Assembly: GCA_039630345.1 (NCBI GenBank) | Contig: JBCNVD010000034.1 | Coordinates: 3,231-67,230 of the forward strand | Origin: Aquificaceae bacterium | GTDB lineage: Bacteria; Aquificota; Aquificia; Aquificales; Aquificaceae | Length of the DNA: 64,000 nt | Reading direction: 5' to 3' | Part shown: positions 1 through 9,490 of the stretch, piece by piece | Position numbering within the stretch: the stretch's first letter is position 1 | Layout of the letters: the number at the start of each line of letters is the position of its first letter | Program-made: the position numbers and the translations under genes | Notes under the pieces: generated by a model | The model's database searches: none | What the model was told of the DNA's origin: nothing | What the model saw: only the letters and a program-made list of their open reading frames with translations

Positions 1-1
1 C

Positions 2-1906
2 TTGAGGGGCTTTCAAAAGCAGAATATCAATGTCTTTTATGATGATATCGAGATTCACGGAGCCTGTCCTAACAGGATGGACCCTCCTGCTTTTAAGGTT
101 GATATCTCCAATGTCGAGTCTGTGGAAGTAATAAGAGGTCCTTTTGATGTAAGGTTTCAGGGCTCTCTTGGGGGTGTGGTGAATTTTAAAACCAAAACGC
201 CAAAAGAGGGTCTTGATTTAGAGCTTAATTTAAGTGCTGGCTCTTTTGATTTTAGAAGCGCCTCTTTGCGCGCTTCTTTCAGGTCAAAGGACTTCTTTGT
301 TCAGCTATCTACATCCCACAAACGCGCAGAGCCATATAAAGACGGCTCTGGGGTTAGATTAACAGAGATCTATCCCCCTTCTGATGTGGCAGGATATAGA
401 CCGGAGGCTTCAAAAGGCAGAGCATATGAGGTTAATTTTACTTCTTTAAAAACTAAATTTTCCCCATTAAAAGGGCAAAATCTGGAGCTTTTTGCAAGCA
501 GGCAGGAGTCTACTCAGGTTCTTTACCCTGCTCTTTTGATGGATGGCATATCTGATACTGCAAACGCAATCAAACTTGGATACACGCTTGAGGATATTCT
601 CTTTTTTGACAGTCTCAAGCTAACCTTTTCCTATTCAGAAACACAGCATGATATGACAGATCAGCTCAGAAGGAGAGCGGCTGTAAATCCCATACCCGGA
701 AGACCTTACCATATGAGAAGCTATGCAGAGAGCAGAAATGTCGCGCTTCGCGCGGATATGAATCTGGATAACTTCCTTTTTGGTTTTGAAACCTACAGAT
801 GGAACTGGGATGCAACTAACGAGCGAAGAGGCTACAGAGGTGGCTTGCCGGTCCCTATTATTCCTGATGTTGATACTGAAAACATAGGGCTTTTTGGTCA
901 GTATTCCAAAGACTTTAATAAAATCCGCCTACTAGCCGGGCTTAGACTTGATAGCGTGAAAACAAAAGCCAAAAATCTACCCTTGCCAAATCCAGCCAGC
1001 GACAGGTCTTCTGTTTCTGATCTTTATTTTACATATCATTTGAGCAGGGAGCTATCCAGAACCGATACATACCCTTCCGGTAATATCCAGCTATTTTACG
1101 ATTTTGGTGAGAATTTAGAGCTTTCTGCCAAGATAGGTCATGGAGTGAGAGTGCCTGATGCTCAGGAAAGATACTTTGTCCTGCCTATGCCAATAATGGG
1201 AGGTCAGTGCAGAAACCCTGAGAATGTGCCTGACTGGTGTGCATGGGTTGGAAATCCAGAGCTAAAGCCTTCAAAGAACACCCAGATAGAACTTGGGGTT
1301 AAATACACAAAAGATAATACCGCTTTGAATGCAAGAGCGTTTGTTAGCTTTGTTGAAGATTACATAACCCTTGGCACAGTAAGAGCCAGAACTCTCACAC
1401 CTTTTAACATGGGGGTAGCAAACGCAAGGGCGATGAGTTATGTCAATACAGGAGCTACCCTGACTGGTTTTGAGATAGGCTTTAACACAAAGCTCCCTGC
1501 GGGGTTTGACCTAGAGCTTGGGGTTGACTTCGTTAGTGGTAAAAAGTCCAAAAAACCTGAGTTTGGGCTAAATGACTCTGACCTTGCCGAAATTCCGCCT
1601 CTTAGAGGGGTTTTGAGCATTGGTTATAAAAAATCAGGAGCTTACTTTAGAGTCGATACTATAGCCTCTGCTTCCCAAAACAGGGTCGATAGCGACCTAA
1701 GAGAGAGTAAAACCCCGGGATGGACTACGGTTAATTTAACCGCAGGTTATAGCGCAAAATTTGGGGATTTAAGAGTTGATGTAAATAATGTATTTGACAG
1801 GAAGTATTTTGAGTATCTATCTTATGTAAGAAACCCATTCAGAGCGGGAGTGAGTGTGCCCGAACCCGGAAGGTCTATAACACTTTCTGCTAATTTTAGC
1901 TTTTAA
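2..1906 (+). CDS. TonB-dependent outer-membrane receptor, C-terminal 634 aa (5' end lies outside the window)
   Basis: ORF is open to the window edge. It has the plug-end motif 'VEVIRGPFDV', a long beta-barrel-like sequence, and a terminal '...ITLSANFSF' ending in an aromatic residue, as in TonB-dependent receptors. Confidence 0.85.
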   Translation: MRGFQKQNINVFYDDIEIHGACPNRMDPPAFKVDISNVESVEVIRGPFDVRFQGSLGGVVNFKTKTPKEGLDLELNLSAGSFDFRSASLRASFRSKDFFVQLSTSHKRAEPYKDGSGVRLTEIYPPSDVAGYRPEASKGRAYEVNFTSLKTKFSPLKGQNLELFASRQESTQVLYPALLMDGISDTANAIKLGYTLEDILFFDSLKLTFSYSETQHDMTDQLRRRAAVNPIPGRPYHMRSYAESRNVALRADMNLDNFLFGFETYRWNWDATNERRGYRGGLPVPIIPDVDTENIGLFGQYSKDFNKIRLLAGLRLDSVKTKAKNLPLPNPASDRSSVSDLYFTYHLSRELSRTDTYPSGNIQLFYDFGENLELSAKIGHGVRVPDAQERYFVLPMPIMGGQCRNPENVPDWCAWVGNPELKPSKNTQIELGVKYTKDNTALNARAFVSFVEDYITLGTVRARTLTPFNMGVANARAMSYVNTGATLTGFEIGFNTKLPAGFDLELGVDFVSGKKSKKPEFGLNDSDLAEIPPLRGVLSIGYKKSGAYFRVDTIASASQNRVDSDLRESKTPGWTTVNLTAGYSAKFGDLRVDVNNVFDRKYFEYLSYVRNPFRAGVSVPEPGRSITLSANFSF

Positions 1907-1911
1907 AGATT

Positions 1912-1937
1912 GCGGGCGCTTTGCGCCCGCGCTTTTG
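1912..1937. terminator. GC-rich hairpin between convergent genes, probably a bidirectional intrinsic terminator
   Basis: 'gcgggcgc-ttt-gcgcccgc' followed by 'gcttttg'. It sits 6 nt after the receptor stop codon, and an A/T run also flanks it on the other strand. Confidence 0.65.
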
Positions 1938-1938
1938 A

Positions 1939-2577
1939 TTATAAGGATCTTTTAAAGAGTTCTTCCCAGACCGGGTTCATTTTTACAGTGCCGAGCTCTT
2001 TGGCTATGCCTTGCTTGCCTTCCTTGACGCTTACCTGGACCAGTTTTACCGACTTGTTAGGAAGGTCAGGGGTTACGGAGAAGAGGTTTTCTTTCTTCTC
2101 AAGATACTGGGCGATGGTCTGGTCTTCCTGAGCTGCGCGCTCTACTAACTTTGGAGCAAAGACCCTAAGGTGGAAAAAGATTGCGCCGTTGTACTTTGCC
2201 TCTGCAAGTTGACGTAGGGTGTTTTTCAAAAGCCCGTAGTTTGCATCCTGAGCTAGCTGACCTCCAAGGATTATGAGAACTGCCTCCTCTTTGGGGCTAA
2301 GCCCTCTTGCATCCTCTGGTGAGTTAAGGACGGTAACGAGCATTCTTCTGTTGCCTTCTGGGTCAAGGTATTCAGAGCCGATTGCGCCAACGAGAGATGA
2401 ACAGATGCTGGTGTTGTTTGTAATCACATGGATGCTTTTGAATTTAAGGGCATTTGCCATTGCAGAGCCAAATGCCTGACCTGTGTAGGACCTGAGAGTG
2501 TAGTGCTCGCCAACAGATAGCCCCTGAGCTCCAACAAACACAGAGAAGGCCAAAGATAGAGAGATGACTTTTTTCAT
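1939..2577 (-). CDS. Secreted hypothetical protein (212 aa) with an N-terminal signal peptide
   Basis: The internal ATG at 2577 is preceded by 'aggaggtagg'. The product starts 'MKKVISLSLAFSVFVGAQG' (signal peptide). I recognise no family. The 34 codons upstream in the ORF track are probably not translated. Confidence 0.55.
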   Translation of the reverse strand: MKKVISLSLAFSVFVGAQGLSVGEHYTLRSYTGQAFGSAMANALKFKSIHVITNNTSICSSLVGAIGSEYLDPEGNRRMLVTVLNSPEDARGLSPKEEAVLIILGGQLAQDANYGLLKNTLRQLAEAKYNGAIFFHLRVFAPKLVERAAQEDQTIAQYLEKKENLFSVTPDLPNKSVKLVQVSVKEGKQGIAKELGTVKMNPVWEELFKRSL

Positions 2578-2680
2578 CTTCCTACCTCCTTTTAGTAGGT
2601 TTATATCGTCATTATAAATGGGTATTTTGTATTTCGAATATGCAAAATCGCTTTTGAATATAAAATATAGTCCTGACACA

Positions 2681-2754
2681 GGCGGCGTAGCTCAGCTGGT
2701 TAGAGCGGAGATCTCATAAGTCTCAGGTCGGAGGTTCGAGTCCTCCCGCCGCCA
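2681..2754 (+). tRNA. tRNA with CAU anticodon (elongator tRNA-Met type; a lysidine tRNA-Ile2 cannot be excluded)
   Basis: Hand-folded cloverleaf: acceptor ggcggcg/cgccgcc, D arm gctc-agctggtta-gagc, anticodon stem gagat/gtctc with loop ctCATaa, T arm ggagg-ttcgagt-cctcc. CCA is not encoded. Confidence 0.9.
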
Positions 2755-2759
2755 TTAAA

Positions 2760-4472
2760 TCACTCTACGCTTACTTTAGGCTGAAGCTCGTAGAGTCTTC
2801 GGAGCTCTTCCGGGCTTGTCGTGTCTTTTGGAGTTTTATCTTCTCTTATGTAGCCAAGAGCTCTGGGGAAGCGAAGAGCAAGACCTCTCTGGGATTTATC
2901 CATGCCCGCTGTATGCAACTTAGAGAGCGTGATTTCGTCTGCTTCTACACTTATTACATACTTTGGCTCTACCCAGAAGTCGGGTTCAAGGATGCTTTTT
3001 ACATTCTTTGGTTTTTGATTTAGCTTAATTTCATCAAGCTTTGATTTAAGACTTTGCCACTCTTCCTGGGTAAAGCCCGAGCCTATTTTGCTAACTGTTA
3101 GAAACTCGTCGTTGATTTCATCGTAAATTCCTACCAAAAGCCCGCCTATTCCGAGTTTTACCCTGGAGCCTTTTCCTGAATAATATCCAAGAATTACCAC
3201 ATCTATGCTGTCTTTGAGCTGTCCTCTATAGCTTCTCTTTAGCTTTACCCAGTTAAAGTTCCTTGCGCCTGCTGAGTATATTCCGTCTAACCTCTTTGCC
3301 ATGATGCCTTCAAGCCCGCGAAGCAAAACACTTTCAAAAAAGTCTTCAATCTCTTCCGGGGTTTTTATAAAAGTTAGCTCCGATGGTCTTAAGCGCCCTC
3401 TTTTAAAGAGCTTTTCTATGTGCTCTCTTCTTTCTATTAGTGGCAAATTGGTAAGATCCTGGGAGTTAAGATAGAGAATATCAAATACAAATACATTAAC
3501 CGGCATTTCTTTTGCATATTTTTCTACTTGATGTTTTCTTTTGCGCCTCACTATTGCCTGAAAGGGAAAAAATTCCCCGCTCTCTTCGTCTAAAATAACC
3601 GCTTCTCCTTCAAATATTATGTTATTTATCTCTAGGTTTTTTGTTTCCTCAACAACTTCCGGGAACATATGAGTTATGTTCTCAAGGCTTCTTGAAAATA
3701 TCGTCACTTCCTGATTGGCTTTATGAACTTGAAGTCTAAGACCGTCATATTTTGCCTCGAGCGCGCAAGGACCAAGTCTTTGAAATAGCTCCTGAGCGTC
3801 TTTTACCCTTTCTGCAAGAGCCATCCTGACAGGATAACCTACCTCAAGCTTAAAGCCTTCAAGCGCCTCTTTGCCGCCCCTTTTTAACTCCATTGCAACT
3901 TTCCCAAGGTCACTGCAAAGGGTATAAGCTCTCTCTATCTGCGGCTTTAGCTCGCGCTCACTGACGCTTAGCGCAAGAGCATCTATTAAAGTTGATTCCC
4001 CAACCCCGAGTCTTAGCTTGCCAAGGACTATCCTGACAGCATACCTTGCCTCTATGGGCGATAGCCCCTTAAGTAAGTTTATAAACCCCATTAGCTTATT
4101 TAGCATCGCTCTATCTTTTGCTATTTGCAAAATCTCTCCGTAGACTCTCAGGAGCTCTAAAGACCTCCCGCTCCATTTTATTGATCTTTCTGCTACAAGC
4201 CCAAGGTCTCCAAGGTCTTTATATAGCTTTGCTATGTTCTCTTGCTTTATGTTGCAGGCTTTTGATATGCCTTCGATAATTAACTTGTCAGAAAGCCCTG
4301 TTTCTAAACCTCTAAAAGGGGCCTCGATTTGACCAAGTACCAAATAGGCTGCTATGCGCGCTTCTTGATCGCTAAGGTCTTTATATAACTGAGATAAGAT
4401 ATCCGCCATCTCAAGTCTTGAGCTGGTTGCTTCCAGCCCCTCTAAGAACTCGCAAAATCTAAAAAATAGCAA
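2760..4472 (-). CDS. lig: ATP-dependent DNA ligase (archaeal/eukaryotic LigB type)
   Basis: 570 aa. Adenylation motif I 'EAKYDGLRLQVH' (KxDG), 'FEGEAV', 'LEGIMAK', 'WVKLK', and a C-terminal OB-like region. Confidence 0.9.
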   Translation of the reverse strand: MLFFRFCEFLEGLEATSSRLEMADILSQLYKDLSDQEARIAAYLVLGQIEAPFRGLETGLSDKLIIEGISKACNIKQENIAKLYKDLGDLGLVAERSIKWSGRSLELLRVYGEILQIAKDRAMLNKLMGFINLLKGLSPIEARYAVRIVLGKLRLGVGESTLIDALALSVSERELKPQIERAYTLCSDLGKVAMELKRGGKEALEGFKLEVGYPVRMALAERVKDAQELFQRLGPCALEAKYDGLRLQVHKANQEVTIFSRSLENITHMFPEVVEETKNLEINNIIFEGEAVILDEESGEFFPFQAIVRRKRKHQVEKYAKEMPVNVFVFDILYLNSQDLTNLPLIERREHIEKLFKRGRLRPSELTFIKTPEEIEDFFESVLLRGLEGIMAKRLDGIYSAGARNFNWVKLKRSYRGQLKDSIDVVILGYYSGKGSRVKLGIGGLLVGIYDEINDEFLTVSKIGSGFTQEEWQSLKSKLDEIKLNQKPKNVKSILEPDFWVEPKYVISVEADEITLSKLHTAGMDKSQRGLALRFPRALGYIREDKTPKDTTSPEELRRLYELQPKVSVE

Positions 4473-4476
4473 CGTT

Positions 4477-5172
4477 TCAGACCTCCCTTTTTATAATCTC
4501 AAAAATCTGATTTGCTATATTGCTGAAAGAGCTGGATAACTCATGGTCGTCTTCTAAAAGCTCAAGACTCTCTACTTTGACATTTTTTGCAAACATTTCA
4601 GAAAATTTATAAGATACCACAGAGTCTTTAGTCCCATGGTATATCCTTATAGGAGTGTTACAATCGTTCCTGAAATTGACCCTGTTATCTTTTATTATCT
4701 CGTAATCGTTTTTTATAATATCCATTGCAAAATCTTTGTGGATTTTTAAGTTAAGTCCGGTTTCGCATTCAAAAATCTCAAGCTCTTCCTTACCCTCCAG
4801 CCATCTATCTGGGTCTTTTGCCTCTTTTAATATCAGTTCAAGCGTATTATAAGAAGGAGCAAACAAAAATACAGAGCTTACGCAGGGCCTAAAAAACCTA
4901 AGGTAATTTAAAGCCACATAACCCCCGTGAGAGCTAGCGCTTATGTAAACTCTCCTATGAGTGTTTAAAAGCCCTGAAATGATTACCTCGAGAGTTTTTA
5001 GGATAGTGCTCGTTGTAGAGCTCTGATAGTCCATGTCCATTGCAAAAAACCCAATCCCGTGCTCTTTTGAGAGTCTGTGCAGTGTGCTTACTTTCCTGCC
5101 CTTTACAGAGCTTGCAAAGCCATGCAGGTGCAAAATAATTGCCCCCAGGCTAGAGCTTTCGTAAACTATCAC
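4477..5172 (-). CDS. Alpha/beta-fold hydrolase or esterase (YqiA-like)
   Basis: 231 aa with 'HLHGFASS' near the N-terminus, an 'SASSHGG' nucleophile-elbow-like motif and a C-terminal 'DDH'. Confidence 0.55.
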   Translation of the reverse strand: MIVYESSSLGAIILHLHGFASSVKGRKVSTLHRLSKEHGIGFFAMDMDYQSSTTSTILKTLEVIISGLLNTHRRVYISASSHGGYVALNYLRFFRPCVSSVFLFAPSYNTLELILKEAKDPDRWLEGKEELEIFECETGLNLKIHKDFAMDIIKNDYEIIKDNRVNFRNDCNTPIRIYHGTKDSVVSYKFSEMFAKNVKVESLELLEDDHELSSSFSNIANQIFEIIKREV

Positions 5173-5184
5173 ATAGGCGATTTT

Positions 5185-5745
5185 ATGACAGCTCTTGAGC
5201 TAAGGAGAAAGGTTTTTCACCTTTTTGCACTGCTCCTTTGGCTTTTGCCCATTAAGTATCTTACATTCTGGCAGTTTTTATTTGTGTTTTTACTGGTTAT
5301 TTCTCTAAATGCTTTGACCGTTTTAAAACTTGGCAAGGACAGCTTTTTAAAGCACTACTATATGATAGTTTTTAGCCTAGAAAGAGAGAAAAACCTCTCA
5401 AAGCCTTCAGTGCAGGCTCTTTGGGCAAACCTCGGGGTTGGACTCTCATATTTTCTTTTTGGTCCTGATAGCGCAGTTGCAGGCATAATCACACTGGCTG
5501 TAGGGGACGCCTTTGCAGGCCTAATAGGTCAATCCTTTGCGCGCATAAAAATATTCTCCAAAAGCCTCGAAGGCAGTCTTGCTTTTTTCTTAAGTTCTAG
5601 CCTGGCTCTATACTTTTTTGTCCCATTTCCTCTAGGTCTTTTGCTTGCGCTCCTTGGAGCTCTTATAGAGCTATTGCCTTCTCCTGTTGATGATAATTTC
5701 AGCATCCCGCTTGGTGTTTCTTTAGCTCATAGCGTTTTATATTAG
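5185..5745 (+). CDS. Polytopic membrane protein of the CTP-dependent polyprenol/phytol/dolichol kinase (cytidylyltransferase-like) family
   Basis: Start taken at the ATG at 5185 ('MTALELRRKVFHLFALLL'). Multiple TM segments, 'AVGDAFAGLIG', and a C-terminal 'PSPVDDNFSIPL'. The upstream part of the ORF-track entry overlaps the hydrolase antisense and was discarded. Confidence 0.5.
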   Translation: MTALELRRKVFHLFALLLWLLPIKYLTFWQFLFVFLLVISLNALTVLKLGKDSFLKHYYMIVFSLEREKNLSKPSVQALWANLGVGLSYFLFGPDSAVAGIITLAVGDAFAGLIGQSFARIKIFSKSLEGSLAFFLSSSLALYFFVPFPLGLLLALLGALIELLPSPVDDNFSIPLGVSLAHSVLY

Positions 5746-7032
5746 CTCTCCCTCAAGCCCATACGCACTTGATTTTAAAACTTTAATCTTTACCCTTTTT
5801 CCAACCAGCTCCTTATCTCCACTGAAGCTCGCCCAGCGATTTGAGGGTGTTCTTCCGATGAGTTTTCCGTCCTGATATTCTTCAACTAAAATCTCCTGAG
5901 TTGTTCCTAAATAATACCTTGATATTTTCTCAAGGATTGATTTTTGAAGCTCTAAAAGCCTTGACATTCTGCTGGTTTTTACCTCATCGGGCACTTCAAA
6001 TGGCATATCATATGCAGGCGTTTCAGGTCTTGGCGAAAACTTAAAGGAAAAAACCTGCTCAAACTCCACCTCTTTTAAGACCTCAAGCGTCCATCCAAAG
6101 TCTTCCTCTGTCTCTGAAGGAAAGCCAACTATCACATCTGTAGAAAATGTAATACCCTTAACATACTCTCTAAGCATCTCTATCTTTGAGAGGTATTCTT
6201 CTCTTGTGTAATTTCTTTGCATAAGCTCAAGTATTCTGTCTGACCCTGCTTGAAAAGGCAAATGCAGGTGGGGGCAAACTTTCTCAAGCTCTCCCATAGC
6301 CCTTGCTATCTCGGGCGTCATATCTTTTGGATGACCTGTTGTAAATCTCACCCGCCATATACCCTCAACTTCGCAAACCCTTCTTAAGAGCTCTTCAAAG
6401 CCCATATTTATGTCCTGACCCCATGCAGTAACATTTTGCCCAAGAAGATGAACCTCTCTAACTCCCATCTGGGATAGCTCTCTAACCTCTTTTAATATAC
6501 TCTCAAGGCTCCTTGAGCGCTGGCGACCTCTCGTTTTTGGAACGACGCAGTAAGTGCAGGACTTATCACAGCCTTTCATAACCGTGACATAGGCACAAAC
6601 CTGTCCGTCTCTTACGGGTTTAATATCCCAGAGCTTATCCTCATCCTCCGGGGGCTCTTCTAAAATCTCAATAGCCTTATACCCTGCCATCGCCTGCTTT
6701 ACTAGCTTCTCAAGACTATGGATGTTAAAGCTCGAAAACATCAAATCCACTTCCGGGGCTTTATGGAGCAGGCTCTCACCCATCCTCTGGGCAAGACATC
6801 CGCAAACGCCTATAATACTGCCATTTTTTTGCTTTATTTTTCTAAGCTCCCCAAGGAGCGAAAAGACCTTCTGGTCTGGCTTTTCCCTTATTGTGCAGGT
6901 ATTTAATAAAATAACATCCGCCTCCTCTGGGCTTTGCGCCACCTTAAATCCAAGCCCTTCAAGAACCCCTCTTATCCTTTCGCTATCTGAGACATTCATC
7001 TGACAGCCAAAGGTCTTTATGAAGTATTTCAT
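5737..7032 (-). CDS. miaB: tRNA-i6A37 methylthiotransferase (radical SAM)
   Basis: 'KYFIKTFGCQMNVSDSE' UPF0004 domain, radical-SAM 'CDKSCTYCVVP', and a C-terminal TRAM-like domain. Confidence 0.85.
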   Translation of the reverse strand: MKYFIKTFGCQMNVSDSERIRGVLEGLGFKVAQSPEEADVILLNTCTIREKPDQKVFSLLGELRKIKQKNGSIIGVCGCLAQRMGESLLHKAPEVDLMFSSFNIHSLEKLVKQAMAGYKAIEILEEPPEDEDKLWDIKPVRDGQVCAYVTVMKGCDKSCTYCVVPKTRGRQRSRSLESILKEVRELSQMGVREVHLLGQNVTAWGQDINMGFEELLRRVCEVEGIWRVRFTTGHPKDMTPEIARAMGELEKVCPHLHLPFQAGSDRILELMQRNYTREEYLSKIEMLREYVKGITFSTDVIVGFPSETEEDFGWTLEVLKEVEFEQVFSFKFSPRPETPAYDMPFEVPDEVKTSRMSRLLELQKSILEKISRYYLGTTQEILVEEYQDGKLIGRTPSNRWASFSGDKELVGKRVKIKVLKSSAYGLEGELI

Positions 7033-7048
7033 AATCTAAAATATTAAA

Positions 7049-7075
7049 GCGAAGGGGGGAAGATTCCCCCCTTCG
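7049..7075 (-). terminator. G6/C6 palindromic hairpin downstream of rny
   Basis: 'gcgaagggggg-aagatt-ccccccttcg'. On the minus strand it is followed by the T-rich 'ctttaatatttt'. Confidence 0.4.
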
Positions 7076-7083
7076 ACCCCCCT

Positions 7084-8751
7084 CTATTTTGCAACCTCTA
7101 CATGCCTTGTCTCTCTAATTACCACGACCTTTATCTGCCCTGGAAACTGCAGCTGCTCTTCTATCTTCCTTGCTATTTCTCTGGAAAGCCAGTGCGATTC
7201 CTCGTCAGAGAGCTCTTCCGGGTTTACTATCACCCTTACCTCTCTTCCTGCCTGCACCGCATAGACGTTGTTAACCCCTTTAAAAGAGCGCGCTATCTCT
7301 TCAAGCTTTTCAAGGCGTTTTAAATAAAGCTCTAAACTCTCTCTCCTTGCCCCGGGTCTTGCCGCAGATAGAGCGTCAGCTGCACAAACCAGAGCCACCT
7401 CCGGGTATCTTATAGGCTCTTCGTCATGATGAGCCCTTATGGCATTTAAAACCGCATCGTGCTCGCCAAACTTTCTGCAAAGCTCCACACCTATATCTGT
7501 ATGCGAACCGCCGGTCTCGTTTGAGATGGCTTTTCCAATGTCGTGTAAAAGCCCCGCTCTTCTTGCAAGCTGTGCGTTTAGCCCAAGCTCGCTTGCCATT
7601 AGCCCCGCAAGATTTGCAACCTCTTTTGAGTGAATCAAAACGTTTTGAGAGTAGCTGGTTCTAAAGTAGAGCTTGCCAATGTAGTAATATAGCGCAGGGT
7701 TTATGTCATTTAACCCAAGCTCGTAGCAGGTCTCTTCACCCGTTTTGCGAATCTTTTCGTCGATTTCTCTCTTTACCTCGTTTACGACCTCCTCTATCCT
7801 TGCAGGATGTATCCTCCCGTCCTGAATTAGCCTCTCAAGGGCTTCTCTTGCAATCTCTCTTCTAAGAGGGTCAAAGGAAGATATCGTAACTATATCAGGG
7901 GTGTCATCGATAATTAAGTCAACACCCGTTAATAACTCAAAAGTCCTTATGTTCCTGCCCTCTCTCCCTATGATTCTGCCTTTAAATTCGTTGTTAGGAA
8001 GCTCTACGGATGTGGTAGTGTAATTAACCGCAATCTCTGAGGAGAGTTTCTGTATGCTTGTTGTTATTATGCGCTTTGCCTCAAGCTCTGCTCTCTCTCT
8101 TGCCTCTTCTTCAATACGCTTTATTAGCTTTAAAACCTCTGCTTTTGACTCTTCTTCTGCTCTTTTGAGTATCTCAACTCTCGCTTCCTGCATCGTCATG
8201 CTGGCAATTCTTTGAAGCTCAAGCATCTCTTTTTGTCTTATACTCTCAATTTCCCGCTCTTTTTCCTCAAGACTTAAAGCTCTTACCTCAATAGCCTTTT
8301 GCTCTGCCTCTATGCGCTTTTTGGCTTCTCTGAGCTCTCTTTCCATGTTAAAGAGCTCTTCTTCTCTTCTTGAGAGGAGATTTTCTCTTCTCTCTAAGGC
8401 GCTCTCTCTTTGCTTTAAACTCTGGTCAAGACTTGCAATCTGGGCTTTTATTTCAGATAGATATTCCTCGACCTGCTTTTTCTTCTGCTCAAGCTCTAAC
8501 TTTATAGCCTCGCTCTCCTCTCTTGCGCTCTGTTTTATCCTGAGAGCTTCTTCTCTTGCATCCTCAAGGATTTTTTCTGCTTCCTGAGCGGCTCTTTCTC
8601 TTAGCTCTATGGCTTCTGCCCTCTCTAATTCCTCGCCACTGCTTTCTGGCAAAGCTATGCTCTGACTAACCTCTGGTTTGTTTCTAAAGACCAAAAAAAT
8701 TACTGTCAGAGCTAGAAAAACTATAACCAAAACCAAAAACGCTGTTAGCAT
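7084..8751 (-). CDS. rny: Ribonuclease Y
   Basis: N-terminal TM helix, a long E/K/R coiled coil, KH domain 'GRIIGREGRNIRTFELLTGVDLIIDD', and HD domain 'LLHDIGKA'. Confidence 0.9.
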   Translation of the reverse strand: MLTAFLVLVIVFLALTVIFLVFRNKPEVSQSIALPESSGEELERAEAIELRERAAQEAEKILEDAREEALRIKQSAREESEAIKLELEQKKKQVEEYLSEIKAQIASLDQSLKQRESALERRENLLSRREEELFNMERELREAKKRIEAEQKAIEVRALSLEEKEREIESIRQKEMLELQRIASMTMQEARVEILKRAEEESKAEVLKLIKRIEEEARERAELEAKRIITTSIQKLSSEIAVNYTTTSVELPNNEFKGRIIGREGRNIRTFELLTGVDLIIDDTPDIVTISSFDPLRREIAREALERLIQDGRIHPARIEEVVNEVKREIDEKIRKTGEETCYELGLNDINPALYYYIGKLYFRTSYSQNVLIHSKEVANLAGLMASELGLNAQLARRAGLLHDIGKAISNETGGSHTDIGVELCRKFGEHDAVLNAIRAHHDEEPIRYPEVALVCAADALSAARPGARRESLELYLKRLEKLEEIARSFKGVNNVYAVQAGREVRVIVNPEELSDEESHWLSREIARKIEEQLQFPGQIKVVVIRETRHVEVAK

Positions 8752-9296
8752 GTCAAACCTCCTGATGTTCTTTTTTCAGTTATCACCATATCAACCCTTT
8801 CGTCCCAGCTATCATATTCAAGCTCCTGAATGAGCTCCTCGTCAAAGCAAACGCCTATCTTTGGAGCTCTAACCAGCTTTAAAAACCTGTCGTAGTATCC
8901 TCCCCCGTATCCCAGCCTATAACCTCTTAAGTCAAAGCAAATGCCAGGCACTATTGCCAGCTCTAAGTCTGAAGGCTCTTTTGCAATTAACCCTTCAGGC
9001 TCTAAAGTCCCAAAAGGACCTCTCTTTAATATGCCTCTAAACTCAAACAGCAAAAGCCCGCCCTTTGCAACTGCTGGCAATAAAAGCTTTATACCTTCTT
9101 TATTTAGCTCCTGAAAAAAAGACCATAGCTGTGGCTCTTTCTTTATTGGCCAAAACCCAAGAATGGCTTTTGGTTTTAAATGAGAGATTATCTCTCTAAG
9201 TCTCATTGAGATATAAAAAGACCTCTTCTGTATATCTTCCTGGCTCATAAAGAGCCTTCTTTTTATAAAACTTCTTCTTAGATGCTCTTTTACCAT
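8745..9296 (-). CDS. 5-formyltetrahydrofolate cyclo-ligase
   Basis: Start taken at the ATG at 9296 ('MVKEHLRRSFIKRR...') with 'ggaggcggaaga' upstream. Contains 'VPGICFDLRGYRLGYGGGYYDRFL', typical of the MTHFS family. Confidence 0.8.
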   Translation of the reverse strand: MVKEHLRRSFIKRRLFMSQEDIQKRSFYISMRLREIISHLKPKAILGFWPIKKEPQLWSFFQELNKEGIKLLLPAVAKGGLLLFEFRGILKRGPFGTLEPEGLIAKEPSDLELAIVPGICFDLRGYRLGYGGGYYDRFLKLVRAPKIGVCFDEELIQELEYDSWDERVDMVITEKRTSGGLTC

Positions 9297-9299
9297 TCT

Positions 9300-9490
9300 T
9301 CCGCCTCCAGCCTGTTTTCGGAGGGGAAGGCAAACCCGCCCTTGCCGTGACTCAGGGACTATGTGGGCCCCAAACAAACTAAGGTGGGTGTCCTCCCGGA
9401 GCTCCTATGTGGATACCCCGGAGACCGGACTCCCTATTAAGGTCCCATGTGGACCCCAAATTCTGCCCTTACGCCACAAGCAGGGCAGGC
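9300..9490 (-). ncRNA. Candidate structured RNA (6S RNA or leader) in the pheT to 5-FCL spacer
   Basis: A 196-nt gap between co-directional genes that otherwise overlap. It is much more GC-rich than the flanks. A 'GGGG-N(1-3)-CCACAT(A/G)G' motif occurs three times, and several local hairpins are present. Its position directly upstream of a 5-FCL (ygfA-type) gene mirrors the ssrS-ygfA linkage known in proteobacteria. I could not derive a full 6S-like fold by hand. Confidence 0.35.

Noticed and set aside
9420-9440. 'AGGGAGUCCGGUCUCC' (minus strand) resembles the RNase P RNA P4/CR-I 'GAGGAAAGUCCGGGCUCC'
   Set aside because: The spacer (~190 nt) is far too short for RNase P RNA. No CR-IV/CR-V counterparts are visible, and the rpmH-yidD junction indicates an RNase-P-RNA-free lineage.
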